Positions 18,521-29,479 are shown, counted from the first letter of the stretch. The stretch: 64,000 nucleotides of DNA from Promethearchaeati archaeon SRVP18_Atabeyarchaeia-1 (GCA_037308085.1 CP147779.1:1248001-1312000), one strand, 5' to 3'. Program-made: numbers and translations. Notes: generated from the letters alone by a model not told the origin.

Positions 18521-19231
18521 CTATTCTCCTTTGAACAATATCTTATTGCCAGATAAGGTGAAGGGAACCCAAGCAGACGGCTCTTGACCCGACATTTTCC
18601 TGAGACGAACCTTGTTAACTAGCTTTTCTCCTTCCTCAAAGCCTCTGAACTCAACAATCACGTCCGAGTTGAACCCAAGGATGTCATTGATGCGCCTTCC
18701 GATTGCGACAGGCGAAAGGATGACTGAAGCAATGCCTGCCTGAACTGATACCTCCCTGAGAAGCAGTGCGAATGAGACCATTTTCGAGGCGCCATGACCA
18801 AAGAACAATGAAACAGTCGAATCCACGACGCACCTGCAGCTATTAGTCACGTCACCGGCCGCATTGTCCTTGATGGATGCAAACACGTTGACGACTTCAG
18901 CGTAGTTTGAAGGATCTCTGATGAAGTAGGTTCCTTCCTTCTCACCCCACCTAAAACCATTAATTATGAAGAATCTGCGGGACTCCTCAAATCCCTTGAC
19001 ATCCAGGCCATAGTTGCTCAATATGTGCCTGATCAACCTCGGCGAGTGATCGAAAGTTATGTAGACTCCGAACTCTTCCTTCTTGAGACCGTCGAAAAGA
19101 AGGCTGGCAGCGTGATGCCAACCGTACGTAACTGGAGAAACCTCAAATAGAATAATGCTTGAGCGTGGCAAACCTCCGCCCAGAATCTTGTCAAAGGCTG
19201 GTGAAAACGTCTTGAAAGTCGTAGCTGGCAT
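18521..19231 (-). CDS. Degenerate KaiC/RAD55-like protein
   Basis: FDKILGGGLPRSS, VVDS, SDVIVEF, LRKMSG; Walker A position reads EVSPVTYGWH. Confidence 0.75.
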   Translation of the reverse strand: MPATTFKTFSPAFDKILGGGLPRSSIILFEVSPVTYGWHHAASLLFDGLKKEEFGVYITFDHSPRLIRHILSNYGLDVKGFEESRRFFIINGFRWGEKEGTYFIRDPSNYAEVVNVFASIKDNAAGDVTNSCRCVVDSTVSLFFGHGASKMVSFALLLREVSVQAGIASVILSPVAIGRRINDILGFNSDVIVEFRGFEEGEKLVNKVRLRKMSGQEPSAWVPFTLSGNKILFKGE

Positions 19232-19516
19232 TTCATTTCCTCCAACCGGTCAACCGAGCTGATCTGAATACAGTAAGGTCCGATATCCGAGATCTTCTAT
19301 CTGAGTAATATTGGTTTTGTCCGCATATTACATTATTGATCAGCCTTCTTGCAGCCCAGCGGTAAGCTAGGGAACTTTGGCAACGTCTCGAAGGAAAACC
19401 AGAAGTCATCAAAAATGTAAGGTAATTAGAATTGGAGTGCCGACGAGTCAGCAAGGGAAAGAGCGAAGGTTCTTAGCATGCAGCCTGCCTTGCATGTTTC
19501 CCCAGCCCCGCCTGAC

Positions 19517-20095
19517 TTATTTCTTTTTGAACTCCCACTCGCACCAAGTGTTTTGCGGATGGGAGCCTGGTGGGCAGACTCTGCAGCTGACCTCAAGTTC
19601 CGGGCTGAGTTCCTCTGCAAAGCTCTTGAGGTAGCCATACCTTACGTTCTTACAGGGAAACTCCCCGAGACCCTTCTGGATCCGAGTCTCCTGGGTTCTA
19701 CATTTTGTCACTCTGAATATCCCGGATCTGCTATCCTGCATCTCCACTTCTTTGCCGACCTGATATAGAGCCCAACTCGTGTTCCTAAGAATCCACAAAA
19801 CAGTTGGAATGTCCACCTCTCCCTTGGGTACGCCAAGCTTCTCTCTAAGTTCTCTCGCCTCTAGCTTTCCGATAACCTTCCAGCAATCAGCGTCGATGTC
19901 GGTCGCCGCTTCAGTGCCGAACTTCTCCTCTATTCCGGTGAAGTAGAGGCCATCTACTCTCCATAAGTTGCGGATGTGAAGCATGAGTAAGTCGACGAGC
20001 TGGGACTTGGGCATCTCAGCCAGGAACTCACTATCTTTCTTCTCAGCCTTCAGCATTCCTAACCACACCCCACCATCAGCTTGTTCCACAAGCAA
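19517..20095 (-). CDS. DUF6125-like (V4R-related) Cys-containing protein
   Basis: DGLYFTGIEEKFGTEAA, CRTQETRIQKGLGEFPCK, CRVCPP...CEWEF. Confidence 0.7.
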   Translation of the reverse strand: MLVEQADGGVWLGMLKAEKKDSEFLAEMPKSQLVDLLMLHIRNLWRVDGLYFTGIEEKFGTEAATDIDADCWKVIGKLEARELREKLGVPKGEVDIPTVLWILRNTSWALYQVGKEVEMQDSRSGIFRVTKCRTQETRIQKGLGEFPCKNVRYGYLKSFAEELSPELEVSCRVCPPGSHPQNTWCEWEFKKK

Positions 20096-20206
20096 AATTG
20101 GTTCCGACGCTAAGAATATGACCCTAATGCGTGTACTTCAAAGCCTCATGTGTCTTAAAATATTATGGGAAAAAGCGGATGAGAATTCGTCTTTCCTTCA
20201 GATAAC

Positions 20207-21004
20207 GTGAGGATGACCATGATCGTGCCTATCAACAGAAACACCAATAAGGTGGCGCCTTCAGTCCCAATTATCGTTACACCCGGATTTCGGTTGGATC
20301 TGAGAAAGTTGAGTGGCACCCAGTTTTCTGTTGCGATCTTTGATTTAGACGGGACGCTTGTAGGGGTCAGAGACATAAAGAAACATGCCGATGATGTCCT
20401 CAAGAGAGCGCTCTCACGAGTTGGCGTAGGAAGAACTACCTTCAAAGACAGATACGAATTCTTCTTCTGCGGCGCAGAATACGTCAATCTTCTCGAGCAG
20501 TGGGGCATCACCAGCGAAAAGCAGAGGAGATCATTCGTTGAGGCTTTGAGTGCGGAGGAATACGCCGAGAAGAAGCGGCTCATGGAACGCGGCTCAGCCC
20601 GACTATACAAGGACGCGGAAATCCTTAGCTTCCTTAAGGGAAAAGTGAAGTTGGGGCTAGTGACGAATGCATCTTCACAAGCAACCTCACTCGAAGTGAA
20701 ATACCTTGGAATCGAGCAGTGCTTCGACTGCATCGTAAGCTTGGGAGACTTTGCCAATCACTTGCCACCAAAGCCTGACCCAAGTGGCATATCGTATTGC
20801 CTGAAGACACTAAATGAACCTCCATCCAAAGCCATCGTAATAGGCGACAACCTAACCGACGTAATCGCCGGAGAAAGAAGCGGAGCAAAGACAGCAATAA
20901 TACTAAGAGGAAGAGAAAGGCTCCCAAAACAAAAGGGACAGGCACAACCGAGAATCGATTTCACGCTGAGAAGCCTAAAAGACTTGGAGAAGATAATCAG
21001 ATGA
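20207..21004 (+). CDS. HAD-family hydrolase (phosphoglycolate phosphatase-like)
   Basis: FDLDGTL, LVTN, KPDP, IGDNLTD. Confidence 0.9.
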   Translation: MRMTMIVPINRNTNKVAPSVPIIVTPGFRLDLRKLSGTQFSVAIFDLDGTLVGVRDIKKHADDVLKRALSRVGVGRTTFKDRYEFFFCGAEYVNLLEQWGITSEKQRRSFVEALSAEEYAEKKRLMERGSARLYKDAEILSFLKGKVKLGLVTNASSQATSLEVKYLGIEQCFDCIVSLGDFANHLPPKPDPSGISYCLKTLNEPPSKAIVIGDNLTDVIAGERSGAKTAIILRGRERLPKQKGQAQPRIDFTLRSLKDLEKIIR

Positions 21005-21086
21005 GCCAAGAAGACGAGCCAAATCCGACCATGCCCGAGAAATGGTTTTATATTAAAGGTCGGGTTCTTCTAGGACATTCGCGGAT

Positions 21087-21278
21087 GTGAGCCTAGTGAA
21101 AGACAAAGATGAAGATGAATCCCCTCCATCACCGGAGCAGCTGAAGAAGGATAAGGAGATTATCGCCAAGCTGCAGAGCAAGAGGAAAGAGGAGCTCAAG
21201 CAGACTGAGCTAGAAAAACCGGCCGACAAGAAGAAGGCCGAAGCTCTGTTTGAGAAGAGGCTCAAGAAAGAGAAATAA
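21087..21278 (+). CDS. Small Lys/Glu-rich hypothetical protein
   Basis: 63-aa charged helical ORF with a TTTATAT box ~35 bp upstream. Confidence 0.5.
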   Translation: MSLVKDKDEDESPPSPEQLKKDKEIIAKLQSKRKEELKQTELEKPADKKKAEALFEKRLKKEK

Positions 21279-21364
21279 AGGGAACAGGAATTGAATCGAG
21301 CTCCCGCGGTGCGCTTCCCTTCCCTACGCACACACAAATGTCATTAGGTCAGCAGAGATAGGCG

Positions 21365-24300
21365 TTAAGCTTGATTGGTAGTCCTATCTGTCCAGCTCTT
21401 GGCTACCTGCGCAGCTTGCTCCACGGTCAGCTGCCTGAACACGCCTTTCTTGGTAAGCGAGTTGATCACATCCATCGCCTTGCCCCTCCTAAGCCCTTGC
21501 TTGGTGAGGAGGAAGTCCACGACTCGTGGCATGAAGAAGACTCCTCGCTCAGCGGAAAGCATCCTCGCGGTGTGTACGGCTGCTCTTTCGACGCGGTTCA
21601 GCTTCGCGCTTGGGGCTTCGAGCAACATGTAGGGCGAGCACAGTGGCATAGCGAATACCTCGTCGGCTACGTCGTCAGCGCCCTTGAACGCATTCGGGTC
21701 TCCGTCCCATGACTTAAGGGTCGCCGCATACTTCTTCTCGAAGTTCTCTGTGAAGCTTCGGAGAACGCCCTGCAGCTCTTCGCCTGCAGCCTCAGTGCAG
21801 AACAGTGTCGCCATGATGTAGTTCCCCACGTTGGAGACAACTTTATACTGACCGTAATCAGCGAACTTCAATCCTGCCCCGGTCTGCTTCTTGAAGACTT
21901 CCCCCAAGATTGCCTGGTTGGCGGAGAGAAAGCCGCTTATTAGGTTGGGGTCAACGCTCTCCTCTGACCCTATGCTCCTGCTGTACAAGGCGCGACCGCT
22001 TGCAAGGTGAACGACAATGAGCTGAGCCAGGCTCGTTGTCTGCATAAGAACCTTCGCTTTCCTCTCCTCAGTACGCTTCCTAGAACTGCGCAACCTCAAT
22101 ATGCCGACTAGCGCAACGACAAGTGCGCCACCCCCACCACCAATAATGGCAATTGTCAGCAAAGACAATCCTTGAGGGATAACGACCTCGATGTTCAGTT
22201 TGAGATCGCTGGCTGACTTTGTTATTCCATCCCCCAAGTAGGTTGCATTGACGTTGATGGACTTCATGTCGCTCGTCGCGGGAAGGGAAGATTCCCCCAC
22301 GCCACCATTGATGACCGCTGACCTAATGATGGTTATTACGGATCCATTTGTGTAAGTGACTATGAAGTTGAACTGGATGCCAAATCCGTTCGGAGCCGAG
22401 GTTCCATTCCCATATTTCAGTGCAGCAGAGACCGACAATGACGATCCAACTGTTACCGAAGTCTCAGCCACTTGAAGGGAGACGCTCATAGGTATCTTCG
22501 ATAGGTTGAGGGTAAACGCTGTTTGATTAAGGTAGGCTCCATTGTATGATGCGTAGATTGTCAGAAGGTGGCTTCCAGCCGATGGCAGATTGCGTGTCGA
22601 ATAGCTGAAGTTATAGCAGCCGCCAGCATGCTGAGTCACTCCAGTCGCAACAACGCTTCCCACCCTGAAGGCTGGGACTGGGCTTGACGGGAAGGTGGCA
22701 TTTGCGGCGTCTGTTTCATTTAGGTAGCGGACACTTAGGGCTATTATATCTCCCCACGTTGCGCCTATCACCGGCGATGCGAGTTTTATTGCCGTCTGAG
22801 CTCTAACTACATTGATTTCACTGGTCGCGAAGCTTACTTCGTTCTCCAGATCGTAGGTGTCCAAGAATGTTATGTTGTAGTTGTCGCCCTTATTGAGCTT
22901 CAAGGAGTACACAGTTGACGAACCTATGTGTATGGTGGTACTGTTGACTAGTGAGTCCGTGCTGTTGTAAGCATTAATTGTGATGCTGCTGTAGGCGAGT
23001 GGGGCGGAAATGGTTAAGTTAAACGCGCACCCCTCTATTGCCTTAGATGGCACGGACACAGTGATCGCATAGATGGACTTTACGCTGATGAGCCAATCAC
23101 TGTTCCAAGCGTTGCTGAGGTTGCTTATCTGTGAGATTAGGTAGTAGCTAGAGCTATTGGTGAAGCTAGAGACGTAGGTTCGGTTGTTCCAGATGTTGGG
23201 CGGGTGAGCGGTTCCGTTCCAGAATGGTGGGATCGGTGTGACCTTGAACGTCTTGTTATACCACGTGTACGGGTTGCCGGGCTTGCCGTCGCTTGTGAAC
23301 GTGGCGTTCCAGAGAGTGAAGTCGTCGCGGGCGATGTATCTAGTCGTGACAGCGCCGGCGGAAAAGACCTCCATCCTCGCCGTCCAGTTGACTGTGAAGG
23401 TGACCGATGTGTTCGTCACGAACATGAAAAGGCGTACATTGTTGCCGACTTGCGTAGTGTTTCTGTCTATGGGCTGGGTCGTGGCGTTAAGATACAGGTA
23501 CATATTAACTTGGGCAGGAGAGCTATACTGTCTGGGTTGCATACTGTCACTGACTGGGAGAACTCTCACAAGGGCTAAGAAGTTCCAACCCGGACCGAGA
23601 TCACTTTCCTGTTTCCAATTGTTTGTATAGTAACAGGCGAGCTTTTCGTCGTATGGCGGTGGCGTGGGGTCAGGGGAGTAATACCACTGATAATAGTTAC
23701 CAAATCCAACGATGGACGAGCCGTCCATGACAATCCAGTACCTCGTTCCGCCAGTAAGAGTGATGGGAAGCCCGGTCGGGGTGCTCACCGAAACATTGTG
23801 CCAAGCTGGATTCGCGGAGTTTGACAGCCAGCCATACCCCAGGGAGAGTGCGATGGGTGCTGGCGTCGCCTGCGGTCCACCGCTATCTGGCACAATGTGC
23901 AACATTATTGCTGGCGGATTGTTGAATGCAGAGTAGAACAGGCGGATGACGGTAATGTTGACGGTGTCGGTGGGTGTGAGGCTCATTGCCAGCATAGGAT
24001 ACCTGGGAGGGGGACCAGCAGAGAGTTGTCCGCATCCATAATCCGCAGTCGGGTCGCCGCCCTGTATCTCCCTTATGTCATTCGCGGCGACTATGTTCTT
24101 GATGGTGATGTCCTGCCAGGCTGGCTGAGAGGGATTGTTATAGAAGAACGCAGTACGATTACTGTACTGCGCGAAGGTGTTGTTGGCATTCAAGTTGTAT
24201 GATTGCCATCCGTTCACGGACTCCGTCAAGTCCATCGGGTACCCGTTCCCAGACTGGCTTGCAGGTGGCGAAAATGATGTCTGCGGGTATCCCCCAAATG

Positions 24301-24412
24301 TGCTTGCTGATGGAGGAGGAACGGAAGGCGTCAAGACTGGCATATTAAACGAGGCTATCATCATTGTCGCGAGTATCAGTGACACCAATAATAGTGAACT
24401 ACTTTTCCTCAA
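21365..24412 (-). CDS. Single-pass membrane protein: large beta-rich ectodomain + TM + cytoplasmic longin-like domain
   Basis: Signal peptide (likely TTG start 24412), sequon-rich ectodomain, TM IIGGGGGALVVALVGIL, then IVVHLASGRALYS...DPNLISGFLSA...FEKKY...WDGD. Confidence 0.75.
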   Translation of the reverse strand: MRKSSSLLLVSLILATMMIASFNMPVLTPSVPPPSASTFGGYPQTSFSPPASQSGNGYPMDLTESVNGWQSYNLNANNTFAQYSNRTAFFYNNPSQPAWQDITIKNIVAANDIREIQGGDPTADYGCGQLSAGPPPRYPMLAMSLTPTDTVNITVIRLFYSAFNNPPAIMLHIVPDSGGPQATPAPIALSLGYGWLSNSANPAWHNVSVSTPTGLPITLTGGTRYWIVMDGSSIVGFGNYYQWYYSPDPTPPPYDEKLACYYTNNWKQESDLGPGWNFLALVRVLPVSDSMQPRQYSSPAQVNMYLYLNATTQPIDRNTTQVGNNVRLFMFVTNTSVTFTVNWTARMEVFSAGAVTTRYIARDDFTLWNATFTSDGKPGNPYTWYNKTFKVTPIPPFWNGTAHPPNIWNNRTYVSSFTNSSSYYLISQISNLSNAWNSDWLISVKSIYAITVSVPSKAIEGCAFNLTISAPLAYSSITINAYNSTDSLVNSTTIHIGSSTVYSLKLNKGDNYNITFLDTYDLENEVSFATSEINVVRAQTAIKLASPVIGATWGDIIALSVRYLNETDAANATFPSSPVPAFRVGSVVATGVTQHAGGCYNFSYSTRNLPSAGSHLLTIYASYNGAYLNQTAFTLNLSKIPMSVSLQVAETSVTVGSSLSVSAALKYGNGTSAPNGFGIQFNFIVTYTNGSVITIIRSAVINGGVGESSLPATSDMKSINVNATYLGDGITKSASDLKLNIEVVIPQGLSLLTIAIIGGGGGALVVALVGILRLRSSRKRTEERKAKVLMQTTSLAQLIVVHLASGRALYSRSIGSEESVDPNLISGFLSANQAILGEVFKKQTGAGLKFADYGQYKVVSNVGNYIMATLFCTEAAGEELQGVLRSFTENFEKKYAATLKSWDGDPNAFKGADDVADEVFAMPLCSPYMLLEAPSAKLNRVERAAVHTARMLSAERGVFFMPRVVDFLLTKQGLRRGKAMDVINSLTKKGVFRQLTVEQAAQVAKSWTDRTTNQA

Positions 24413-24643
24413 GTCCCTTTTCTCCTCAATCTTCAGCAATCGGAGGAGGCACCGCGGCACATTTCTGCCCAGATGAAGAGACAGATACACCTTGGCGGGC
24501 AAGGCGGTGAAGAGTCCTCTGCTAGTTCTTAGATTCCCCCTTTAATATAGCTTCTGACATCCTCGCAGATGGCTCGGACTGCGTTGCGAAAACAACAACG
24601 GACACCCCAGACCTGTACGGCTGTTCCACCAGCTCAGCAACTG

Positions 24644-27352
24644 TCACGCACCGTTCTCTTGGTCATCGCCAATTTCGTCACTTGACTTGGAGGCGTTCTC
24701 CGTCTGGCTCATTATTAGTGCTGCTTCATTAACGGTTAGCTGTTTGAAGACGCCCTCTTCGACAAGTGAGTCGACGGTAGCAACGATCTTGCTTCGCTTG
24801 AGCTTCCTTTTGGTTAGTAGATAGTCGAAGATGCGCGGCATGAAGATAACGCTGCGAGTGGCGGAGAGCCGTCTTGCTTCGTCCACCGCTGCCTTTTCCA
24901 TCCATGAAAGCTTGACCTTCGTAAGTCGGTCTAGTTCTAGAATGTAGGGCGAGATTAGTCGAATCGAGAAGACATTGTCCGCGATCGTGTCGGCGCCCCT
25001 GAGGACTTCAAGGTCGCCATTCCATCCGACAAGTTCCTTTTGATACTTCTTCTCAAATTCGTCTGTGAACTGTTTGAGAAGGTCCTGCAGTTCCTCACCA
25101 GCGGCTTCCGTGCAGAATAGCGCTGACATGACGTGCTTGCCTACATGGGATACGACCTTATATTCACCGTAATCCGCGAATCTTAGTCCGGAAGGAGCCT
25201 TGCCTTTGAAGACTTGGCCCATGATTGACTGATTAGCAGTCAGGAATCCGCTTATGAGATTGGGATCAACGGTCTCCTCCGTGCCAAGACTTCTGCTGTA
25301 CGTGGTCAGGCCACTGCGGAGCTCAACGACGACCAGCTGGGCTAGGCTTGCGGTCTGTCTCAGTATCTTCATTTTCTTCTCTTCCTTGACTTTTCTCCTA
25401 GTCCGGTATCTCCAAGCAGCCACTACTGCTATCACCGCTCCGGCGGAGCCGCCTCCGGCAAGAAATATCGGCAATGGGGAGAGCCCCTGCGGGTCGATGT
25501 GAAGCAGCATGGTCGTCTGGTTTAGATACATTGCACTGTATGAGACGATGATCGTGAGGATGTAGTCTCCGGATGAGGGCAGGAGTCTTGTTTCAATAAC
25601 GAAGGAGAACCATCCACCTCCAGCGGCTTGAACGCTGATAGCCGTGAAATTAAGGCTGCTTGCGGTCACGTTGACGATTGGGGTGCCTGGGAATTCTTGG
25701 TCGGAGCCAAGAGTTGTGTTCCTGTACCTGAAGGCGATGGTGACAGCGTCCCCCCAAGTCGCCCTTAGTGACGAAGACTGCAGGTTAAAGGAGGTGAGAG
25801 GCGCGGTCACATTTATCGGCATTGTCAAATAACTTATGTCAGGATAGTCAGCTGTGTCGAGGAGGGTCATTACGAAGTTGCCAGTTTGATTCAACCTGAC
25901 CGGGAAGTATGTTGAGGTTGAGGGAATCAGTACAGTTCTGTTTAAGGCGACGAAATCCGTACTGTTGAAGATAGTTATCCTGCAACGTGTGGAGCTAACT
26001 GGAGCGGTTATACCGATATTGAGCTGCTTTCCCCTTATTACCAGTGAGGGGGTTGACGAACTGACCGAGTAATGAGACATCGCCACGATAGTCCAGGTTG
26101 CATCCCATCTGAGAGACACATCTACATTGTCCGTCTGCACTATATACATGGAGCTCGGGGCGGAATACGCTGCTGTGAAGTTGATGTTCTTGTCGTTCGT
26201 CACGTCAGTCGCCAGGTTGACCTCCCAGTCAAGAGGAATTGACATGACTGTCAAGGTTCGATTATACCAGACGTACGGGTCGTAGGGTCTAGTCGCGCTA
26301 AAAAACCGAGCAGTCCAGTTCGTCGATCCCGGCTGCGCTTTGTACCCCGTTTCCACCGACATCGGTAGGTGCTTCTCGAACCTTGCTGTCCAGTTCTCCA
26401 CGAAGGCGATTGAAGTATTTGTGCCCAAGTTGAAATAGCAGGCGTCCGGGCGTGGCTGCGTTACATTTAGCGTCATGTCGACCTTATCAGACGAGGAATA
26501 AGTCATAACCTGGGAAGGGTTTCCGTCTACGACTGGGAGGACCCTTAGTACCAGCATCAAGTTGATGTAGGTACCAAGCCGCGTCTCATTCCACCACGAC
26601 GTCGGAGTCGCGTATGCAGCCATGGGTCGCTGATCCATGCTCGCTCCTGCATCTCCTACGTAGCCCCAATGAATTACGTTATTTGCGGGGATGCCGCTCG
26701 CATTTACTACCACCCAATAGTAGTTTCCTCTCGTCAGGTTCAAAGGTCGGGTAAACTTCACTTCGCCCCATCCTATGTTTGGCAACGGGGGCAACGTAAC
26801 AGTTGCGACAAGTTTTCCTCCTTGCGGAGTATAGGTGCTGATACTCCCTGTTGAGTAGACTTGCAGCGGCATGGTGGTGGAATTCGAAGAGTAGCACATC
26901 CATACGCTCGTTAGGTTGGCCGTATCCGGTAGCACAAATCTCATGGCAAGCCTCTGCCACGATGAGGCCGTATTCTTTAGAGTCAAAGTGTTATTGGGAC
27001 TGGGCGCAAATTGCACCTCTCTGAAGTCAGGGGCTGCCACTAACTCGGACACCAGGAGACTCTGAGATGAGACCAAGAATCCGGTGGGGGCATTGTGGCT
27101 GAAGTTGGAATTGCGCGGACCACGGCAAGTTGTATAACTGTTAACTGTCATCTGGTTGCTCCATTGCCATCCGTAAACGGAATCAAGTAGATTGATGCTG
27201 GGTCCCGTCCCGGTCAGCGTTAGTGCAGGAGCAAAAGTTGCCCTTGGGTTGGGAGCTGAAGCGGCATAAGTTGCTGCATAAGAATCCAATGAGCTAACCG
27301 CGATGCATACTGCGAAGAGAAGCGTGAATAACAAGGCTGATCTGTTCTTCAT
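24644..27352 (-). CDS. Paralogous single-pass membrane protein with cytoplasmic longin-like domain
   Basis: Same architecture; shares DPNLISGFL, FADYG, LFCTEAAGEELQ and ATWGD with the 21365 gene. Confidence 0.75.
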   Translation of the reverse strand: MKNRSALLFTLLFAVCIAVSSLDSYAATYAASAPNPRATFAPALTLTGTGPSINLLDSVYGWQWSNQMTVNSYTTCRGPRNSNFSHNAPTGFLVSSQSLLVSELVAAPDFREVQFAPSPNNTLTLKNTASSWQRLAMRFVLPDTANLTSVWMCYSSNSTTMPLQVYSTGSISTYTPQGGKLVATVTLPPLPNIGWGEVKFTRPLNLTRGNYYWVVVNASGIPANNVIHWGYVGDAGASMDQRPMAAYATPTSWWNETRLGTYINLMLVLRVLPVVDGNPSQVMTYSSSDKVDMTLNVTQPRPDACYFNLGTNTSIAFVENWTARFEKHLPMSVETGYKAQPGSTNWTARFFSATRPYDPYVWYNRTLTVMSIPLDWEVNLATDVTNDKNINFTAAYSAPSSMYIVQTDNVDVSLRWDATWTIVAMSHYSVSSSTPSLVIRGKQLNIGITAPVSSTRCRITIFNSTDFVALNRTVLIPSTSTYFPVRLNQTGNFVMTLLDTADYPDISYLTMPINVTAPLTSFNLQSSSLRATWGDAVTIAFRYRNTTLGSDQEFPGTPIVNVTASSLNFTAISVQAAGGGWFSFVIETRLLPSSGDYILTIIVSYSAMYLNQTTMLLHIDPQGLSPLPIFLAGGGSAGAVIAVVAAWRYRTRRKVKEEKKMKILRQTASLAQLVVVELRSGLTTYSRSLGTEETVDPNLISGFLTANQSIMGQVFKGKAPSGLRFADYGEYKVVSHVGKHVMSALFCTEAAGEELQDLLKQFTDEFEKKYQKELVGWNGDLEVLRGADTIADNVFSIRLISPYILELDRLTKVKLSWMEKAAVDEARRLSATRSVIFMPRIFDYLLTKRKLKRSKIVATVDSLVEEGVFKQLTVNEAALIMSQTENASKSSDEIGDDQENGA

Positions 27353-27662
27353 AACGATCTTCCTGCACTCCTCATACTGAGGAAAACCGTCCTTCCAGAA
27401 TCGCCGCCCGAAACACTAGGTAAAAGGTTGATCAATACTGATATTTCGTCCGCTATAATAGTTTTCTGTTTCTCCGCAGATCACTTGACCCCCGTTGCGA
27501 AGGTAACAGGAACTGGGGCATCAACGAAGACCAAATAGCTATAATATATGGTGCGCAGATAAACGAACAAGAGCTCCCCAGCATCTTATGAAGACTCCAA
27601 GAGCCTGCTGTTACGAATGCCTTGCTTGGCTTTGTCTATTGCTTCGAAGAGAAGGAGGTATT

Positions 27663-29435
27663 ATGACTGGGATGTCTGATATCCTTGACAAGAGATTTCT
27701 GATAGCCCCCCGCGAAACTGAGGACAAGCGTGCCTCCCTTGATCAGGCGATTAAAGAGTTCGTGAAGCCCGGGATCACCTTGCATGTTTCATGTGCGGGA
27801 ACAATTCCATACGGGATTGGCTACGAAATCATCCGGCAGTTTGTGGGCAAGAATCCCCAGTTCAGAATTGTCGCCTTGGGTGCCACAAATCTCGTTCAGC
27901 TTCTATGTGCTACTGACCTCGTGGGTTCTCTTGTCGTCAGCTATGCTGGTGATATCTACCCAAGGCCAAATGTCTCTGCAGTGTTCCAACGGGCATTCAA
28001 GAGGGGTGTCAAGATCGAGAACTGGTCCATAGTCTCACTCATTTCGAGGCTCGTTGCGGGTGCAATGGGACTTGAATTCCTTCCAACCAGATCCATAGTG
28101 GGGTCCTCGATGGAGAGAGATAACAAGGATTCTTTCACAACCATTGACGACCCGTTTGGCACTGGTGCGAAAGTCGGATTGGTGAAGTCGCTGAGGCCCG
28201 ACGTGTCGATTGTTCACGCTTGGTGCGCTGACAACGCAGGCAATGCAATAATAGTTCCTCCTCTTGGAGATAGTAACTTCGCCTTCTACGCAAGCACTGG
28301 CGGAGTCATAGTCAGCGCTGAGAAGATAGTTCCAACGGATTTCATCAGGCAACACGCTACGATGACAAGAATACCTGGTCATCTTGTGAAAGCAGTTGTG
28401 GAGCTACCGTTTGGCGCGCATCCTAGCGCCCACTTTGGACTCCATGGGGAAGGCTATAGCGAGGACCTACAGTTCATAGTCAACCTCAGGCAAATCGGGA
28501 AAGATGAGGCGACTCTGAAGAAATGGATCGACGACTGGATTCTCGGAGTAGACCACAACAAGTACCTTGCGAAGCTTGGAACGGAGCGTCTCATGTCTCT
28601 GGTTGGTCTTAGGAATCCCGAATCGTGGAAGACCGAGATCAGGAATAAGCTGGGCATGATCCCATTTGATGAGAACTGCAGTAACATCGAGAGGGTAGTA
28701 ATCAACGGTTCTCACGAGGTTATCGAATCAACCGTCAAGGCGAATTACAGGGTTATGCTTGCGGGACAGGGAATATCGAATCTGGCTGCGTGGATGGCCC
28801 TCTATGCCCTCAGAGATAGGGGTTTGCCGGTGAATCTGCTCGCGGAGATTGGTTTCTACGGATATTTGCCGCGCGCTTCAAGCCCCTTCATATTCAACAA
28901 GAGCAACATACCAACATGCCTGATGCTGACCGACTCATTTGAAGCGCTGGGCATGACCTTAGGTAGCAGAGACAGCATCGCTGTACTCGCAGCAGCGCAG
29001 ATAGACAAGAAAGGGAACATCAATGACACGAGGGTCGGTGACTTCTTCCTTGTCGGGTCAGGCGGCGCTAATGACATCGGATCGAATGCCAAAGAGATAG
29101 TCGTTGTCGCTCCTCATGAGCCCCTCAGGTTGGTCAGCGAAGTTCCCTACGTGACCGTTCCGGGTGAGAAGGTCACAAAGCTCGTGACGGATCAGGCCGT
29201 TTTCGAGAAGATCGATGGAGAACTTGTGCTGACCAAGTGCCTTCCCCTCTTTGGTCTGCCAAATGACATGATTGTAGCAGCTTTGTCCAAGAGAACCGGC
29301 TGGAAACTCAGCGCAACAGAGGGACTACTATTCATGAAAGAGCCTAGCAGATATGAGATCCAACTGCTCCGCCTCTTCGACCCAGATAGATACTTCGTCG
29401 GAAAAGCAAAGGAAGCAAGCAAACGGGAACAGTAG
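27663..29435 (+). CDS. Fused family I CoA-transferase (glutaconate CoA-transferase A+B-like)
   Basis: AGAMGLEFLPTRS, PFGAHPS, AAQIDKKGNIN, GSGGANDI. Confidence 0.85.
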   Translation: MTGMSDILDKRFLIAPRETEDKRASLDQAIKEFVKPGITLHVSCAGTIPYGIGYEIIRQFVGKNPQFRIVALGATNLVQLLCATDLVGSLVVSYAGDIYPRPNVSAVFQRAFKRGVKIENWSIVSLISRLVAGAMGLEFLPTRSIVGSSMERDNKDSFTTIDDPFGTGAKVGLVKSLRPDVSIVHAWCADNAGNAIIVPPLGDSNFAFYASTGGVIVSAEKIVPTDFIRQHATMTRIPGHLVKAVVELPFGAHPSAHFGLHGEGYSEDLQFIVNLRQIGKDEATLKKWIDDWILGVDHNKYLAKLGTERLMSLVGLRNPESWKTEIRNKLGMIPFDENCSNIERVVINGSHEVIESTVKANYRVMLAGQGISNLAAWMALYALRDRGLPVNLLAEIGFYGYLPRASSPFIFNKSNIPTCLMLTDSFEALGMTLGSRDSIAVLAAAQIDKKGNINDTRVGDFFLVGSGGANDIGSNAKEIVVVAPHEPLRLVSEVPYVTVPGEKVTKLVTDQAVFEKIDGELVLTKCLPLFGLPNDMIVAALSKRTGWKLSATEGLLFMKEPSRYEIQLLRLFDPDRYFVGKAKEASKREQ

Positions 29436-29479
29436 CAGCAGTAGGATGGGGTTCCCTAAAAGCCAATATTGCTCTCCGT

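Noticed and set aside
27461-27514. Imperfect hairpin whose arms resemble the TIR (GTTTTCTGTTTCTCCGCA / TGCGAAGGTAACAGGAAC)
   Set aside because: Too degenerate, no TSD and no scaffold sequence. Could be an old relic but is not supportable.
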